Assembly (NCBI GenBank): GCA_028534125.1
Contig: CM052816.1
Location: 16,556,001-16,620,000 of the forward strand
Length of the DNA: 64,000 nt
Direction of reading: 5' to 3'
Source of the DNA: Lama glama
Lineage: Eukaryota
Shown: in pieces, positions 50,812 through 63,379 of the stretch
Layout: the number at the start of each line of letters is the position of its first letter
How positions within the stretch are numbered: position 1 is the first letter of the stretch
Notes under the pieces: model-generated
Database searches by the model: none
Seen by the model: only the letters and a program-made list of their open reading frames with translations
Told to the model about the DNA's origin: nothing
Program-made: the position numbers and the translations under genes

Positions 50812-51340
50812 ATGTGCAGTAAAAAAAAAAAGATCAAGCCATGGAAGACATGGAAGAAACTTAAAAGACATATTACTAAATGAAAGAAGCCAGTCTGAAA
50901 AGGCTACAAACTATATGATTCCGACCAAATGACATTCTGGAAATCGCACAGCTACAGAAACAAGAAAAAGATCGTGGTTTCCAGGGGTTTGGGGAGAGGG
51001 AGGGAGGGATGAACAGATGGAGCACAAGGGATTTTTAGGGCAATGAAATAATTCTGTATGATACTAGAGTGGTGGCTACATGTCATTATGCATTTGTCAA
51101 AGCCCACAGAATGTACAACATCAAGAGTGAACCCTGATGTAAACTATGGACTTTGGTTGATAATAACATGTCCATGTTGGTTCATCAATTGTAACAAATA
51201 CGCCACAGTGATGAGGGATGTTGAGGATAGGGAAGTATATATGTGTGGGTGGGGAGGGCTATGTGCGAACTCTCTGTATTTTCTGCTCAGTTTTGCTGTG
51301 AACCTGAAACTGCTCTAAAAGAATAAAGTCTATTAAAAAA
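50812..51340 (+). mobile_element. Old L1MC1-like 3' end forming the tail of the composite element
   Basis: aagccatggaagacatggaagaaac...gtgaaccctgatgtaaactatggactttgg...ttttgctgtgaacctgaaactgctctaaaagaataaagtctatt. Confidence 0.85.
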
Positions 51341-51482
51341 AATAAGGATGTTAGATGAGTGAGAAAGAAGTGATTAGAAAGCTCTGCACAGAGGAGTGAG
51401 AAGTCCTGATTTTACAGAACTACTCTGGATGCTGTGTTCAGAACAACCTGTAGAGCAGAAGCAGGAAAACCACTTAGAAGGC

Positions 51483-51966
51483 TGTGGCAGAGCCCATTCA
51501 TTTTCCCACAAATTCAGTCTCTCTCCATTTTAGCTGGGCAAAAGGCTGCTCAGAAAAGGGACTACATTTCTCAAGCCCCCTTGCAGCTAAGCATGGCCTT
51601 GTGACAAAACGTTGGCTGATGGGATGAGCAGAATGGATATTTGTAATTTTCAGGTTATGTTCTTAAAGGAAAGGGACTGCTATCCACTTCTTCCTTCTCC
51701 CTTTTCCATGGGCTGGAATCTTACGGACTCAACAGCGTTGGAGCAGCTATATTAGGCCATAAGATGGAAGTTGTATGTTGAAGGACAGAGCAGCAAGCCA
51801 TGCATGAGAAGCTAAGATCCCTGATACTGTGGAGTGACTGTATCAATCCCAGACCACCTATACACAAGTTCATACTTGAGAAAGAAGTAATCTTCTATCT
51901 TGAAAATAAAACATTGTATCTTGGAGACTCTGATACAGCAGCCTAATGTGTAATGTAACCAATCTA
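51483..51966 (+). mobile_element. MaLR solo LTR (MLT1J-like)
   Basis: tgtggcaga...gactacatttctcaagcccccttgcagctaagcatggccttgtgac... Confidence 0.8.
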
Positions 51967-53738
51967 GAGGTGCCTGCAATTGCCTAGGCAAGTGATGACA
52001 GTGGCTCTAATGAGGGCGGGCAGGGTGTAACTGAGATAAGTGACCAGAATCTGGAGATAATCTAAAGGGTAGGACTGACAGCATTTTCTGAGGAATTGGA
52101 TAAGGAGACATTAAAGAAAGAGAAGATCCAGGAATGACCCCAAGGTTTGGGACTTAATAGAAGAGAGATGCAATTATTGCAGTGGAGAAGACAGTGACTC
52201 TGAGTGGACTCTGAGCGACATTCACATGGAGATGTCAAGTAGCAGCTGGATCTGAGTCTAAAGTTCAGGAGAGATATAGGGGCTGAAGATATCCATTTGG
52301 GATTTATCAGTATATAGCTGACTTTATCCTGAGATAGATGGGATTACCTAGGGAGCGAGAGTAGATAAGAATACAGGTGCAGTGACAGTCCTAGGGGCTC
52401 ACAGATGGGGGAAATGAGGAGCCAGCACAGGAGACAGCAGAGGTAGGAGGAGAAATAAGAGAGGAGTGTCTGGGAAGCCAGACAAAGAGGATGTTTTCAG
52501 AAGAAATGAGTGACCATCTGTGTCAAATGTTGCTGCTAGGATAAGTAAGAGGAGGACTAAGAGATAACTGCTGAAATGAGAAGCCATTGGTGACACTGAC
52601 AAGAGAATTTTCAATGGAGCACTGAGGACAAGGGAGACTGAGAAGAGAGGAAGTGGAGACAACCCTGAATTCCTGGCAGGTAGAAATCACTCCAGCAATC
52701 TGACTCCCACCCTTCCTATCCCAGTTCCAAGCATTCTGAAGGACAGGAGGGTACCCAGCAACTCTTCCCCACGTGTCTGCATGACCCTGCCATCTCCCCT
52801 CTCCCAGCTTCCTGGGGCCTCCGTGCAGCTCTGCCTCTGCCCTACTGGCTCCCAAGGCCACTCTCAAGGATTGCTTGGGCAGGCCAGGCAGCCAGGCCTG
52901 ACACTTCTGGATCATAATTAGTGCTGCTGTTAACGATGTTTGGCCCCTGTGGAACAGCAGCTTGGGAAATTCTGATACTTACAATTTTCCCCCTCAGTGC
53001 TTTCTGGGATGCAATTTCTCAGCCAGTGCCCGTGCTCCAGCCCTGGGCCCTCACTGCCTCCCCACCAGGGAGAATTAAGGCAGTGCCTCAGATGCCATTC
53101 TAGAGGGCCTAATCAGTTAGCTAAAGTCATCTCCTGGCCATTATCACAGCACTGTCATATTAACCCAGGCACAGCTTTAGGGGAGGCAGGGAGGAAGAGG
53201 TGGGGGCACGAAGCCAGCTCCACAAAGCATTCTTAGTGCTGTGACCAGAAAACTTAGAGAAAAAAAGGAGCCCTCCTGGAAGAGTTCTGGAATTTCTAGC
53301 AGAGATGCGGCTCAACCATCCACTTTTCCCTGATAAGGAGTCTCTCTGGTGCTCCTTTGTCTAGGGAGAGAGCCTCAGCAGTCAGAGACCTGGGCACTGC
53401 CCTGTAGCCCGGCATCCTGAGGCTGGACCTGGGCAAGTCTGAACCCAGATCTCCTCTGCCCCAGCAGCTTCCAGTCCTGGCCTCTTACCCTGGGAAGTGC
53501 TCAGTTCATAGCTGTGTCCTGATCTCCCAGGTCTGGGGACTTTAATTCATTGCCCTGATGGGCTTCTAGCTCTCTAGGACAGGAGGCTGTGGTGGGCCCC
53601 ATGCCTCAGGGTCTTGGAGGAGAGCAGCCTTGGGTTAAGGGCACTGGGACTGACAGGACCTTGGCTTCTACTACAGGGGATAAAGACAGAAACCAGCATC
53701 TACAAAGCACTTGGTACATGGGAGACCAATGTAAAGTC

Positions 53739-53922
53739 TTTTTTTTTTTTAATGTAAAATATACATAACATAAAATTTACCATTTTAACCATTTTTAAAT
53801 GTACAGTTATGTGGCCTTAAGTACAGTTACATTGTTGGGCAACCATCATCACTACCATTCCTCTCCGGAGCATTTTCATCTTACCCAACTAAAAGTCTGT
53901 ACCCATCAAACACTAACTCCCC
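53739..53922 (-). mobile_element. Old L1MB 3' tail inserted in a MIR (~53690-54100)
   Basis: PolyT followed by aacataaaatttaccattttaaccatttttaa...gtacccatcaaacactaactcccc. Degenerate TSD caatgtaaagtc / caacgtagggtc. Confidence 0.82.
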
Positions 53923-54439
53923 CAACGTAGGGTCCTGTATATTTACCTCTTCTAATCTTTATTGTGAGGTAGGAATTTTCCCCATTTTTACCAATGAGGA
54001 CACAAGAACAGCCTAGGAAAGCAGTGCTGCCTTTCTCAAGGACAGACAGGCAGGAAGAAGGTTTGAATCCAAATCTGCCCAATTCCAAAGCTTATGCTCT
54101 TTGTAGTTCCCCACCCTGACCTGCCCAAGATCTAGAGCCTTTGTGGGAACAGCATCACTGAATGATGTCACTGAAGACTAGTTACTTCGTATATGATGTT
54201 GCACACCAAACTGTAACTGGCAGTGGGAGGGCTTCTGGCCAACATGGTATGTAATTCTCAGGAAGGATTCCCAAATCAAGGCCAGCCACTATTAATCAGT
54301 CTTTTGACCTCTTCACAGCACCCAGCAGTAAAGGGTTCTACACATATCCTTCTTTAACTTGGTACCCTTCTCCAAAGTTGATTGTGTTCATTCCTAGGGT
54401 GTTGGACGTTGACACTGTGCAGGAACTCCCCCTCTGCAG

Positions 54440-55240
54440 TGTGGAATAATCAAAGGAACAGGCTGTGCAGTCAGATGAGCTTGGGTTCAAATTCTGCCTA
54501 TCTGCCTGTCACTCTATAACCTTTTGAGTCCAACTCTAATGGGAAAAGAGAAACCTCTCAAGTTAGCTCAGGCATAGAAGGTTAGTGTCAGATACATGAG
54601 GAGCCACACTGGGCCTCTCAGGACAGGGGCAGGCATCAAGGCTGGGGAGGAATCTAGATTCAAGGCGCCCTAGCAGCTCTTCCTTGTCATGCTCCCCTTG
54701 CCCCCAGTGTGATTCAGCCACTCTGGGCAAGTCTGCTTCTCTTGCAGGCTCTGATCGCTGCTGGGAACTCTTTGCTTTAGGCTGAAGTTTCTAATAGAGG
54801 TAATCAGATTGGCTCAGCTCTTTTCTTTTTTCCACCAGGCCATAAATTAGAGGTTACTGGCCAGTCCATGTACTGACCGACCTTGGGTCAGAACCTCCCT
54901 CTGGGTCAATCACCAAGGGCAGAGGAGGATGGAGGTGGGTAAGTGATAGTTTAAGAAGTTAGAGGGATGTTATGTGGTATATAACATGGCCTGCAGCCAA
55001 GTTTTGACCAGTACAGAGTCACAAAGGGGGCTGTGGAATGAGTAGTTAAACAGATCTAATACATTACGCTGTGTTACTTATAAAGTTATTTAACTTCTCT
55101 AGGCCTCAGTTGTTTTCTCATCTATACAAAATGGGACAGTAATTCCTACCTCATATGGTTGTTGTAAAGACTAAATGAAAGAACAAAAGTCAAGTGCCTG
55201 GTAGTTGCTTAATTACACAGTGGAGTACTTAGTAAACACT
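54440..55240. mobile_element. MIR (+) split by an antisense MaLR-like LTR (~54527-55063)
   Basis: MIR 5' part cttgggttcaaattctg. LTR-like aatcagattggctcagc...ccttgggtcag...gggtcaatc. MIR 3' part ttatttaacttctctaggcctcagt...cctacctcatatggttgttgt. Confidence 0.65.
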
Positions 55241-55769
55241 GGTATCCCTTCCCTCCTCTAGGAAAGACCACTTCCAGTGCTATACTGATGTCAGCTAAAA
55301 ACAAAAAGACAAAAAAACCAACCAAGACAGGGCTCTGTCTTCTGCTGCAGATTGAAGTCTCCCTGAGGACAAACATGACTCATTCTCTTTTTGTTTCCCC
55401 TTTGGCACCTCCACTTGTTATATTTTATTCTCTTTTGCGAAGATGAGACTCTTAGCCAAGCACCTAGTGGGAGACAGAGATGTGTCCTTTTTTATATTCC
55501 TGAAGGGTCAGAATTGCTAGCTAACCCTCATCAAGAGCCATTGGCAGCATGAGTGATAGGGAGCAAAGAGGGCTTCTATGTCAAAAGGAAGATAAATGTG
55601 CCCCCACGCTTAGGAGGATGCTTTGATGGAAAGCCTCAGACAAGGCACCATTTTTCTTTGAAATGCTATGAGACAATAAAAATAAAAATAGGTCTTCCCC
55701 CAACTCAGAGGCCTGGGGCAGATGAGTTATTTTTCAGTGGTTAATCTATGCTCTAAGGAGTTATCCTAG

Positions 55770-56555
55770 GCCTCATTCAATTACCAACTCAGTAAATATT
55801 TATAAGATGCCTGCTCTCATGGAACTTATAATCTCATTAAGGAGGGAACTTACAGTCTAATCAAACAATCCTACTCATGAATACATAAGTACAAACCATG
55901 ATGAGCATTATGAAGGAAAGGAACATGCTCCAGGACAGCATATACCAAAGAATCTGACCTACACTGGGGAGTCAGACCATGTTAAAGATTATGACCTTCA
56001 TTCTGAGAGCAATGAGAGGTCACAAAAGGGTTTAAGCAGAGTTTTGGCAGGATCAAATATGTGTTTTGAAAAGATCACTCAGCTACAATGAGGAGAAAGG
56101 ACTGAAGGGAGATTGTAATTCCAGCAAGAGATAATGGTGCCTTTAACTTTGGTAGTGGTGGTGGTAGTAGCAATAGAGAGAAGTTATGGACCAAAAAGAT
56201 AATTGGGAGGTAAAATTAATAGAATTTGGTGATTTAATGGATATTGGGGTGGCTGAATGTGCTGAGGACAAGGATTCCAGCTTGCATAACTGGATGGAAG
56301 ACAATAAGGGAGATGACCTCAAGTGAAGTCTTAGGTCGCCCTTGAGGAACCTCTGAGACATGCAATGCCAATGCTGAGTTAGCAGCAGGATGCATGGGTC
56401 TTGAGCTCCAGGGAGGGGTCAGAGCTAGAGACAACAAATGTGTGGGTCATTTGCTCAGAGGTAGTTCAAAGGCAGATGAGTTTGCCTAAGGGGAGAGCAG
56501 AGAGTGAGAAGAAAAGAAGACTTTGGGTCAAACCCTGAGAAATTTGGACACATCA
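55770..56555 (-). mobile_element. L2 fragment
   Basis: cctgctctcatggaacttataatct...tgttttgaaaagatcactc...gggtcagagctagagac. Confidence 0.75.
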
Positions 56556-56562
56556 TCTAGGG

Positions 56563-57966
56563 CAGTGGTTCTCCAAGTATGATCCATGGACCCCTGGGAG
56601 GTAACCAAGATCCTCAAAGTCCGTAAGGTCAAAGCTATTTTCATTATATCATTAAGACATTATCTGCCTTTTCACCGTGTTGACGTTTGAACTGATGGTA
56701 CAAAAGCAACAGTGGATAAAACAGCTTGCACCTTTGCACAAATCAAAGCAATGGCCCTAAACTGTACTAGTAGTCCTTGTATTCTTCACTGCAGTAAAAA
56801 AAAAAAAAAAAAAGTTCACTTTCACTTAGGATTGTCCTTGACAAAACTGTAAACATTATTAATTTTTATTATATCTCAACCCTTGAGTAACATCTTTTTA
56901 ATATTCTGTCTGAGGAAATAGGAAGCATACATAAAGCACTTCTGCTGTATCCTAAGTACAATGGTTGTCTCTAGGAAAAACACTTCAGCAATTTTTTGAG
57001 TTTCAAGCTGAATTACCTGAAACATAATTTTCACTTGTTACAATGACTGAAAGACAAAGTAAGATTATCCAGATGTGAATGTTTGGTAGACAATTTCCCA
57101 AAAAATGAACAAAGAGAGCCTGTCACTTCAAGGAAAACAACTGACAGCATTTGTTGCCAATGATAAAATTCAAGCTTTCAAGTGAAAATTAGAATTTTGG
57201 AACACATGTATCTGCCACCATGAATTTGATGGCTTTCCATTGCTTAATGACTTCTTTGATGAGATTTATGGTGATACAATGAATGTGATTTTTAAAATAT
57301 TGTACAATGAAATGTATCATCATTTAGAAGATCTATGTAACTCATAGGATCTATATTTTCCAAATGACCAATGCATGACAGTTACAAAAATCTACTCAAA
57401 GTGCAAGGTAAACCAGTGGATTTTAGTGTAATAGCGTAGGGATTCATTGATATGGTTTCAGATTCCACACTGCAATCCACCTTTAATAAATTACCATGTG
57501 TTGAGTTTTGGTGTACTATCAAAGAAAAATATCTACAATTATTTGAAAGCCAAAATATTCTTTTCTTTTCCAACAGTATGAGGTCAGACTTTCTTCATAT
57601 ACTTCAACTAAAACAACATATTGACACTGGTTGAAAGCAGAAGTGATAATCCAGATGCTTTTAAGATGAAGTTAGATATTAAAGAGATTTGCAAAAATGT
57701 AAAACAAAACAATCTTATCACTAATTTTTTTTTGTTTTGGAAAAATACATTTTTTCTGTCACCAAAATATGTTATTTATGTTAATATATAGTGGTTTATT
57801 GTTCTTATTTTAAAATGGATTAATAAATACTTTTAATTTCTCAATATTCATTTTTAATACAGTAAATGTTAATAGGTATAGCCCACACAAACAAAAGCTC
57901 TGAGAGGCCCTCAATAATTTTTAAGAGTGATAGGAATACTGAGACCAAAAAACTTGAGAACTGCTA
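56563..57966. mobile_element. Charlie1a-like hAT DNA transposon (non-autonomous, ~1.4 kb)
   Basis: TIRs cagtggttctc ... gagaactgcta, flanks atctaggg / atctatac (TCTAG-type hAT target), internal decayed transposase-like sequence (ttcaaggaaaacaactgacag...gccaatgataaaattcaagc). Confidence 0.88.
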
Positions 57967-60059
57967 ATCTATACACTGAAATGTCCTCATTTTAAGAGGT
58001 CATTCTATCCATCTCCATCAACAAACAGCTTGGAATAAGGTATCTCTCCTGGTTGGCAAACATCTCTAGGGAAGAGGAAACATTACAACTCATGTATCCT
58101 CTCAGTGTTTCAGAGCTGCAGAGATGGACCCCATAAGCCTCCTAAAGAATCTAGTGAAAGCCCCCCCATCAGAAAGCCCTCACCCTGTCCTTCTCTCTTC
58201 CCCCAAAAGGTAATGGCTCAAATGAGTCAGTCAAACCCAAGATCTAAATCCATCAATGCCACCACCTCTTCCCACCAGTACATCCTACCCTTGATTTTTC
58301 ATCTGCTGCTAGTGGAGGCAGTGCTAGAGGAAGGGAGCATGAAGGGGCAGATAGGGTCAGATGTATTTCTGAAATGCCAGCACATTCAATTTGTTGGGTA
58401 TTTTGCATGAATTTCCTCTTGAGTTCACAGGCTCCTAACTCAGCAGAATTAAAATGGAATGAAGTAATTAGAGCAGCGGGCTGTGAGGATGTTCTGGACC
58501 TGGCATCACAGGAAATGTGGGGCAAGGGGAAAAGAAAAAGAGAAGAGAGCCTTGAAGAGAGGGCTAGGCAAGAGACCCATTCCAAGGGTCAGTTCCTCGG
58601 GAAAGCCTCCCCCATCCACCCTAGTCCCTGGGTCAGCAGCTCTCTCCACAGCTTTGCTTTCTAAGAATCTATCCTGGTCTGATCCCTCACAATCAAGCTC
58701 CAACCTCCCTTTCTAGTCCCCTTTTCAGACACTTCCACCACACGTACCTTACCTTAACTCATACGAAACTCATCATTCCCCCTCACTCCACAGTTGTTCA
58801 TGTCTTTGTACATGCATTTATTACACTGTACTGAAATATTTGCTTTCCTATCTGACTCTCCCACAAGACCAGTGGCTCCCCAACCTCTGGATTTCATACA
58901 TGCATTGCATCCCAGTCACTAAGCAAAATGCCAACTCACAACAAGATTTTTTCTGTTTCGTCCCCAAACCGATTCCTAAATTAGTTCAAACCCATAAGCC
59001 CTAAATTACAAACAGGATGATGCAGTCTTGGTATAATGCAGTAGTCTGAGTTTAGGTGCTAATGTTTTGTTGATCGAAGAAGTATGAATGGCTAAGTGAT
59101 ATGATTAAAGGGATTGGTGGGTGGGTTATTTGTGCCTGACCATGGAAACCTGAATGCCTGGTTAACTTTAATAAAAGCTAATGACCACATTCCATTATCC
59201 CTTAAAAGATAGAGCCAGAGGCTCCTCACTCTGAGGCAGACCATTCCTGTTTCTCTAGATTTTCTTGTTACACTTGCTGGATCTCTCTGTAGAGGATCTC
59301 TGACTGTCTTGGGACCAAAGACCCTCCATTTCCCTTCTTTCTGCACGTAGGTGGGGTTGGAAGTGGCATAAGAGCCTGCTTTTGTCTCAGTCATGACTGG
59401 TAAGTCCATGTTCTCTGCGTAGGTCCACTTCTTTGGATGAAAAAGGCCTTCTCCTAGTGCCACTGTTGGAATGAGGAAATTAAACTCTAACCAGTAAATT
59501 TCCCTCACAGACACAATTTTTGAGACATAACAAAAGATTACCGAGTTTTCATTTTGCTAAGTAAGTAAACTTAAAACAAAAAAACTACCATAATAAAAAG
59601 GAAAAAAGGAAAAGAAAAAAATCCAACAATCTACTATCATCTTTTCAGTAAAGTGTGAAGATCTGAATAATAATCTCACATTAAAGAGAAGTTTTATTAG
59701 TACATTTTTAGCCTTATTTAAAGACTCATTACATTGTTCTTGTTTTTTCTCATTTCACTATGGTGATGAAATGGACCAGTGAATACTCTAGTATGGAGTT
59801 TGGGAATAACTAAGCCAGAGCTTCTCTGAGCAGGGAATGGTTTTTATTCATTTGTATTTTCCCAAGACCTAACTCAGAGCCTGGTTTATGATAAATGCCG
59901 ATCACATTTTTGTGGAGTAAAAGAAGAGAAGAATGGAGAAAGGAAAGAATTCCTCAGTTGAGGACCATGATAGGAGACAGATGTCAAGCCCTAACATACG
60001 TGGGACCCTGCAGCAAACTGTCACCACCCCAACTCTTCTCTGGAACCTTTTCATAAAGC

Positions 60060-60575
60060 AACGAGTGCTTACCCTACTCCTTCTTTAACAGCCTTCAGTA
60101 GCTCCCTCTTGCCTATGTGTTCAAGTCCAAACTTTCCGGCATAATACATCAGTCCCTTCACAACTGATATCCAACTTCCATTTCTAGTCCTCTTTTCAGA
60201 TATTCCTGCAAGATGGCCCTTACCTCTACTCATACAAAACTCATCATTCTCTGCATTAACCATGGCCCTTTGTGTCTTTGTAATTTCTGTTCCCTCTATC
60301 TGGAATCTGCTTTTTCCCCCGTTTCAGATTGGCCAATTCTCAACTCACCCTTTAAGAAGATCCATCCAGCTTAAGTGCCTCTTTCCCTCCCTCCTTCATG
60401 TTAGGTGTTCCCTCCTCTGAGATCACGTTACCTGTATAGTAGCAATTACCAACTTGGATTGTGATTATTTCTATGCCTGTCTCCCCCACTGTGCTTCTTG
60501 GAGGACAGGGACCATAATGTCCCATTCTCACATTTCCAGTGTCTGGCACTGTTTGTGAATAAACGAATGAATGGG
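60060..60575 (+). mobile_element. L2 3' region
   Basis: ...gcctgtctccccc...ggacagggacca...gtctggcac...gaataaacgaatgaatg. Confidence 0.75.
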
Positions 60576-63379
60576 GGCAAAAAAAAAAAAAAAAACAATG
60601 GACCAACCAGCTAACCTCCCTTTCTTGCTGTGCAGTCCAGAGTTAGAGGGGCAACTGTGAATTAGAGGAATAAATTCAAGTTCCTTCTCCCATAGGGTTT
60701 GAAAAGCCATCTGAGACAATCCCACTCCCTGATTAAAACCCCAGTGCATACTTCTTTATCTTTAGTACCTAAGGCACTGCTGAGGCTGAGCAAGGAAAAC
60801 TCAGGGGTCATTTTTCCCACAAAGGCACTTACACAAACCCATTCAACTCTACCTTTAAGTTACTAATGTCAAGAACACGAATAGGAGCCTTGGTGTTCAG
60901 TAAAGGAAGAGTGTCCGGGTTGAGGGCTTCAAATTTAGGTTTTGTTGAAAATGAAATTGTAGCTGAAGAGTCAGTAGAGTCTGGGTGTGCTGATCATTCC
61001 CAAACACTCACCAAATAAAAAATGTGGGAAAACATAATATCTTACCCATGAAACTATCCTTTCCTGTGGTCTTTCTCTGCTTGTTCCTAATTATTATTAC
61101 AATTTTAATGAGTCATCCATCATCCCCTATCATTCCATATCAACTTGTCCCATGCCTTTTGATCATTAGACTTAAAAAGCAGGAGCAGGACATGCTTCTT
61201 GGCAGGTATCTTTAGTACCACTTGGACATAGCTAAGACTCCTCCTGCCTTTGATAGATTAGATTAGTTCGTTCAAGCAGTTTCTAAACTCTGGAAAATCA
61301 GGGCTATCTGTGCCTTTCCAGGTCTAGACACAAGTGCAGGGCAAGAGAATTTTAACCTCCCGGAGGCCTACAGCAATCTGGAGCAAACAGTTTATCATCT
61401 TCCCAGGGCAGGAGGGAAGTTAGGAAGACCAAGAGACACAGTACACAGAGGTTTGGAAGGATCAAGTGGGAAAAGGAGCACAAAGATATTCAGAAACGAA
61501 AATGACCAAAGGGACCAGGAAAGGGTGAGAAATCAAAGGGGACAAGAAGAGAGGAGGGAAGGGGTAGAGACAAAGGATTACATAGGTGAAAACAATGAAA
61601 AAGGAAAAGTCTAAAGGAGAAGGAGCCAATGTCATCAGAAGACACATTAATTTCCTCGAGAGTAGGGGCAGTCTCATATTCTTCAATGCATCCCTCATAT
61701 AATGTCCACAAGTGCTCAGCAAGTACTTATTGATTCCAGCACTGTTTATGATCATGGCTTTCAACAGGAGAATCCAAGTATCTAGTCCGTCAGAATCCTG
61801 GGACTGGGATTCTGGCATTCATAGCACCTTTTAATTTCTCTTCCCATCCCAGGCTCTCCATCTTGTCTGTTACAGGCATGATTTCAGACTGTGTAGACTT
61901 TGAATCAGCAAAATCTACCCCAAGGGCAAAACTGCTCCCTGTACTGGGCCTGTACACTCCAAAAAAGGCCACAGACCTTGGTTAACCCAGCAAGTTGTGG
62001 TATTTGCCCACTTCTTCTAACTATTAATAAATAACTCCCTTCGGCTAGATACAGAAGAGTCAAATGAGGAATTCTGGATGAGGATGCCTGGTCTCAAGTG
62101 CAAACTCTGCCTGTCTCCCCTTGCAGTGAATGAGTCTTCACAGAGAACTTACAAATTTCAGCATAGGGGCTGCTTTCCCAGGCTGTGTCCCTGAGTCAGC
62201 CTTTCTCTCCATCCCCATCAGGTACTATTCACCAAACCGCCTCTCCCCCCTGCTCTCTGACCTGGCTTCTTGTAAGGGAAGGCCTGAAGGCAGGACTGCT
62301 TCAAGTATTCTTTGCTCTGCTAGGTTTCTCAATGTTTTGGTAAAGGTGTTTCAAACTCTTTGCCTTCTAGATACCCCAACCAATCTACCCCTAAAGTCAT
62401 CCTGGTGGAGACCCCAGCAGCTTATAACCTCCTCTCTTAGAAATTCTTACTTGATCTCCCTTCAGTTTTGTATTTAAATCCAATGGTAAGAGTGAAATGT
62501 AAAAAACAAAAACAAAACAAAAAAAAAACTTCAGAGACTAGACAACTAGTCCCTAACTTCCAGCCCTCTTTCTTATAATGAAAATATTCTAGAGCCTTTG
62601 AGTTTTCAGTACAGAGCCCGCTGGAACCTGTCTGAACACGATCATTTATCTCTAGAAAAGCACTGAATACAGCAAGAGGCTAAGGGCATGCTGACATCTG
62701 CTCATCAGCAGGCCAGAAATGATGGCTTCAATTTCCTTTCTCGTTTCATTTATTCCCAGGCTGCTTCCTCCCCACCTTCATAAGCCAGTTCTTATTTCAA
62801 AAAGTCAAAGTAATAAAGCTGTTCTCCATTATTCATTGGGTTGCATGCTTCCTCCCCATCACACTATCCCTCACACCTTCCCGTCTAATTCTTCCCATCA
62901 CCTTCCTTTTCTGCCTCTGCCTCCTTTCCCTCACCCCTTCCAGAGAGAGTTCAGGGTCACTGCCTTTCTTCAAAGTCCTTAGGCTTTTTCTAGAATCTTC
63001 TGAGGTCATTCTTAGCTGGGTTGATGGTCACAGTGCTAAATACATACTTTATGAAAAGCTTTGCATTCACTGATTTCCTCATGCCAAAGTCCCATGCCAA
63101 AGATAACCCTCCAAAAATCTGTCGTCCTAATGAGAATTGAAAAATCCCAATGGGATTCATGCGCCATACCCCAGCTAGGTTATTCTCCCCCATCTCAACA
63201 ACAGGAATTATCATCTCTGGGCTGGGCTGATACCAAATACCAAGGCCCTGTCCTTGCAGACTGGGTCTGGACCAGGAGCCAAGAATTCTATGGGGACAGC
63301 CCTCTGTAGGCACCTGCATAGTCATTCCTCTTGCTGCCATGTTTTGACATCCTTGGACAGTAAAATATAAAGGGATGCG

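Larger units (their letters stand above)
48337..51340 (+). mobile_element. Composite 3.0-kb L1-derived retroelement (5'UTR + ORF1 + mosaic 3' tail, no sense ORF2); HAL1-like
   Basis: Perfect 14-bp TSD aataaggatgttag at 48323-48336 and 51341-51354. Starts with an L1 5' end gaagatggc (YY1-type) and ends AATAAA + A-run. Confidence 0.85.
47648..52660 (-). mobile_element. Long L2 copy interrupted by three later insertions
   Basis: L2 tail cattcattcacacaagaattt at ~47648. L2 pieces at ~48010-48322, ~51355-51482 and ~51970-52660 read on colinearly across the inserts. Confidence 0.75.

Noticed and set aside
50821..50831. Internal A-run as the polyA end of the young L1
   Set aside because: No TSD follows it, and it lies where the L1MC1 sequence has an A-rich stretch just before ...tcaagccatg.
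56563..57966. Possible domesticated hAT transposase
   Set aside because: Internally deleted Charlie1a-like copy with only short, broken frames.
59092..59514. 140-aa ORF with protein-like composition (minus)
   Set aside because: Non-ATG start, no family I recognise, and no supporting exon structure on that strand.
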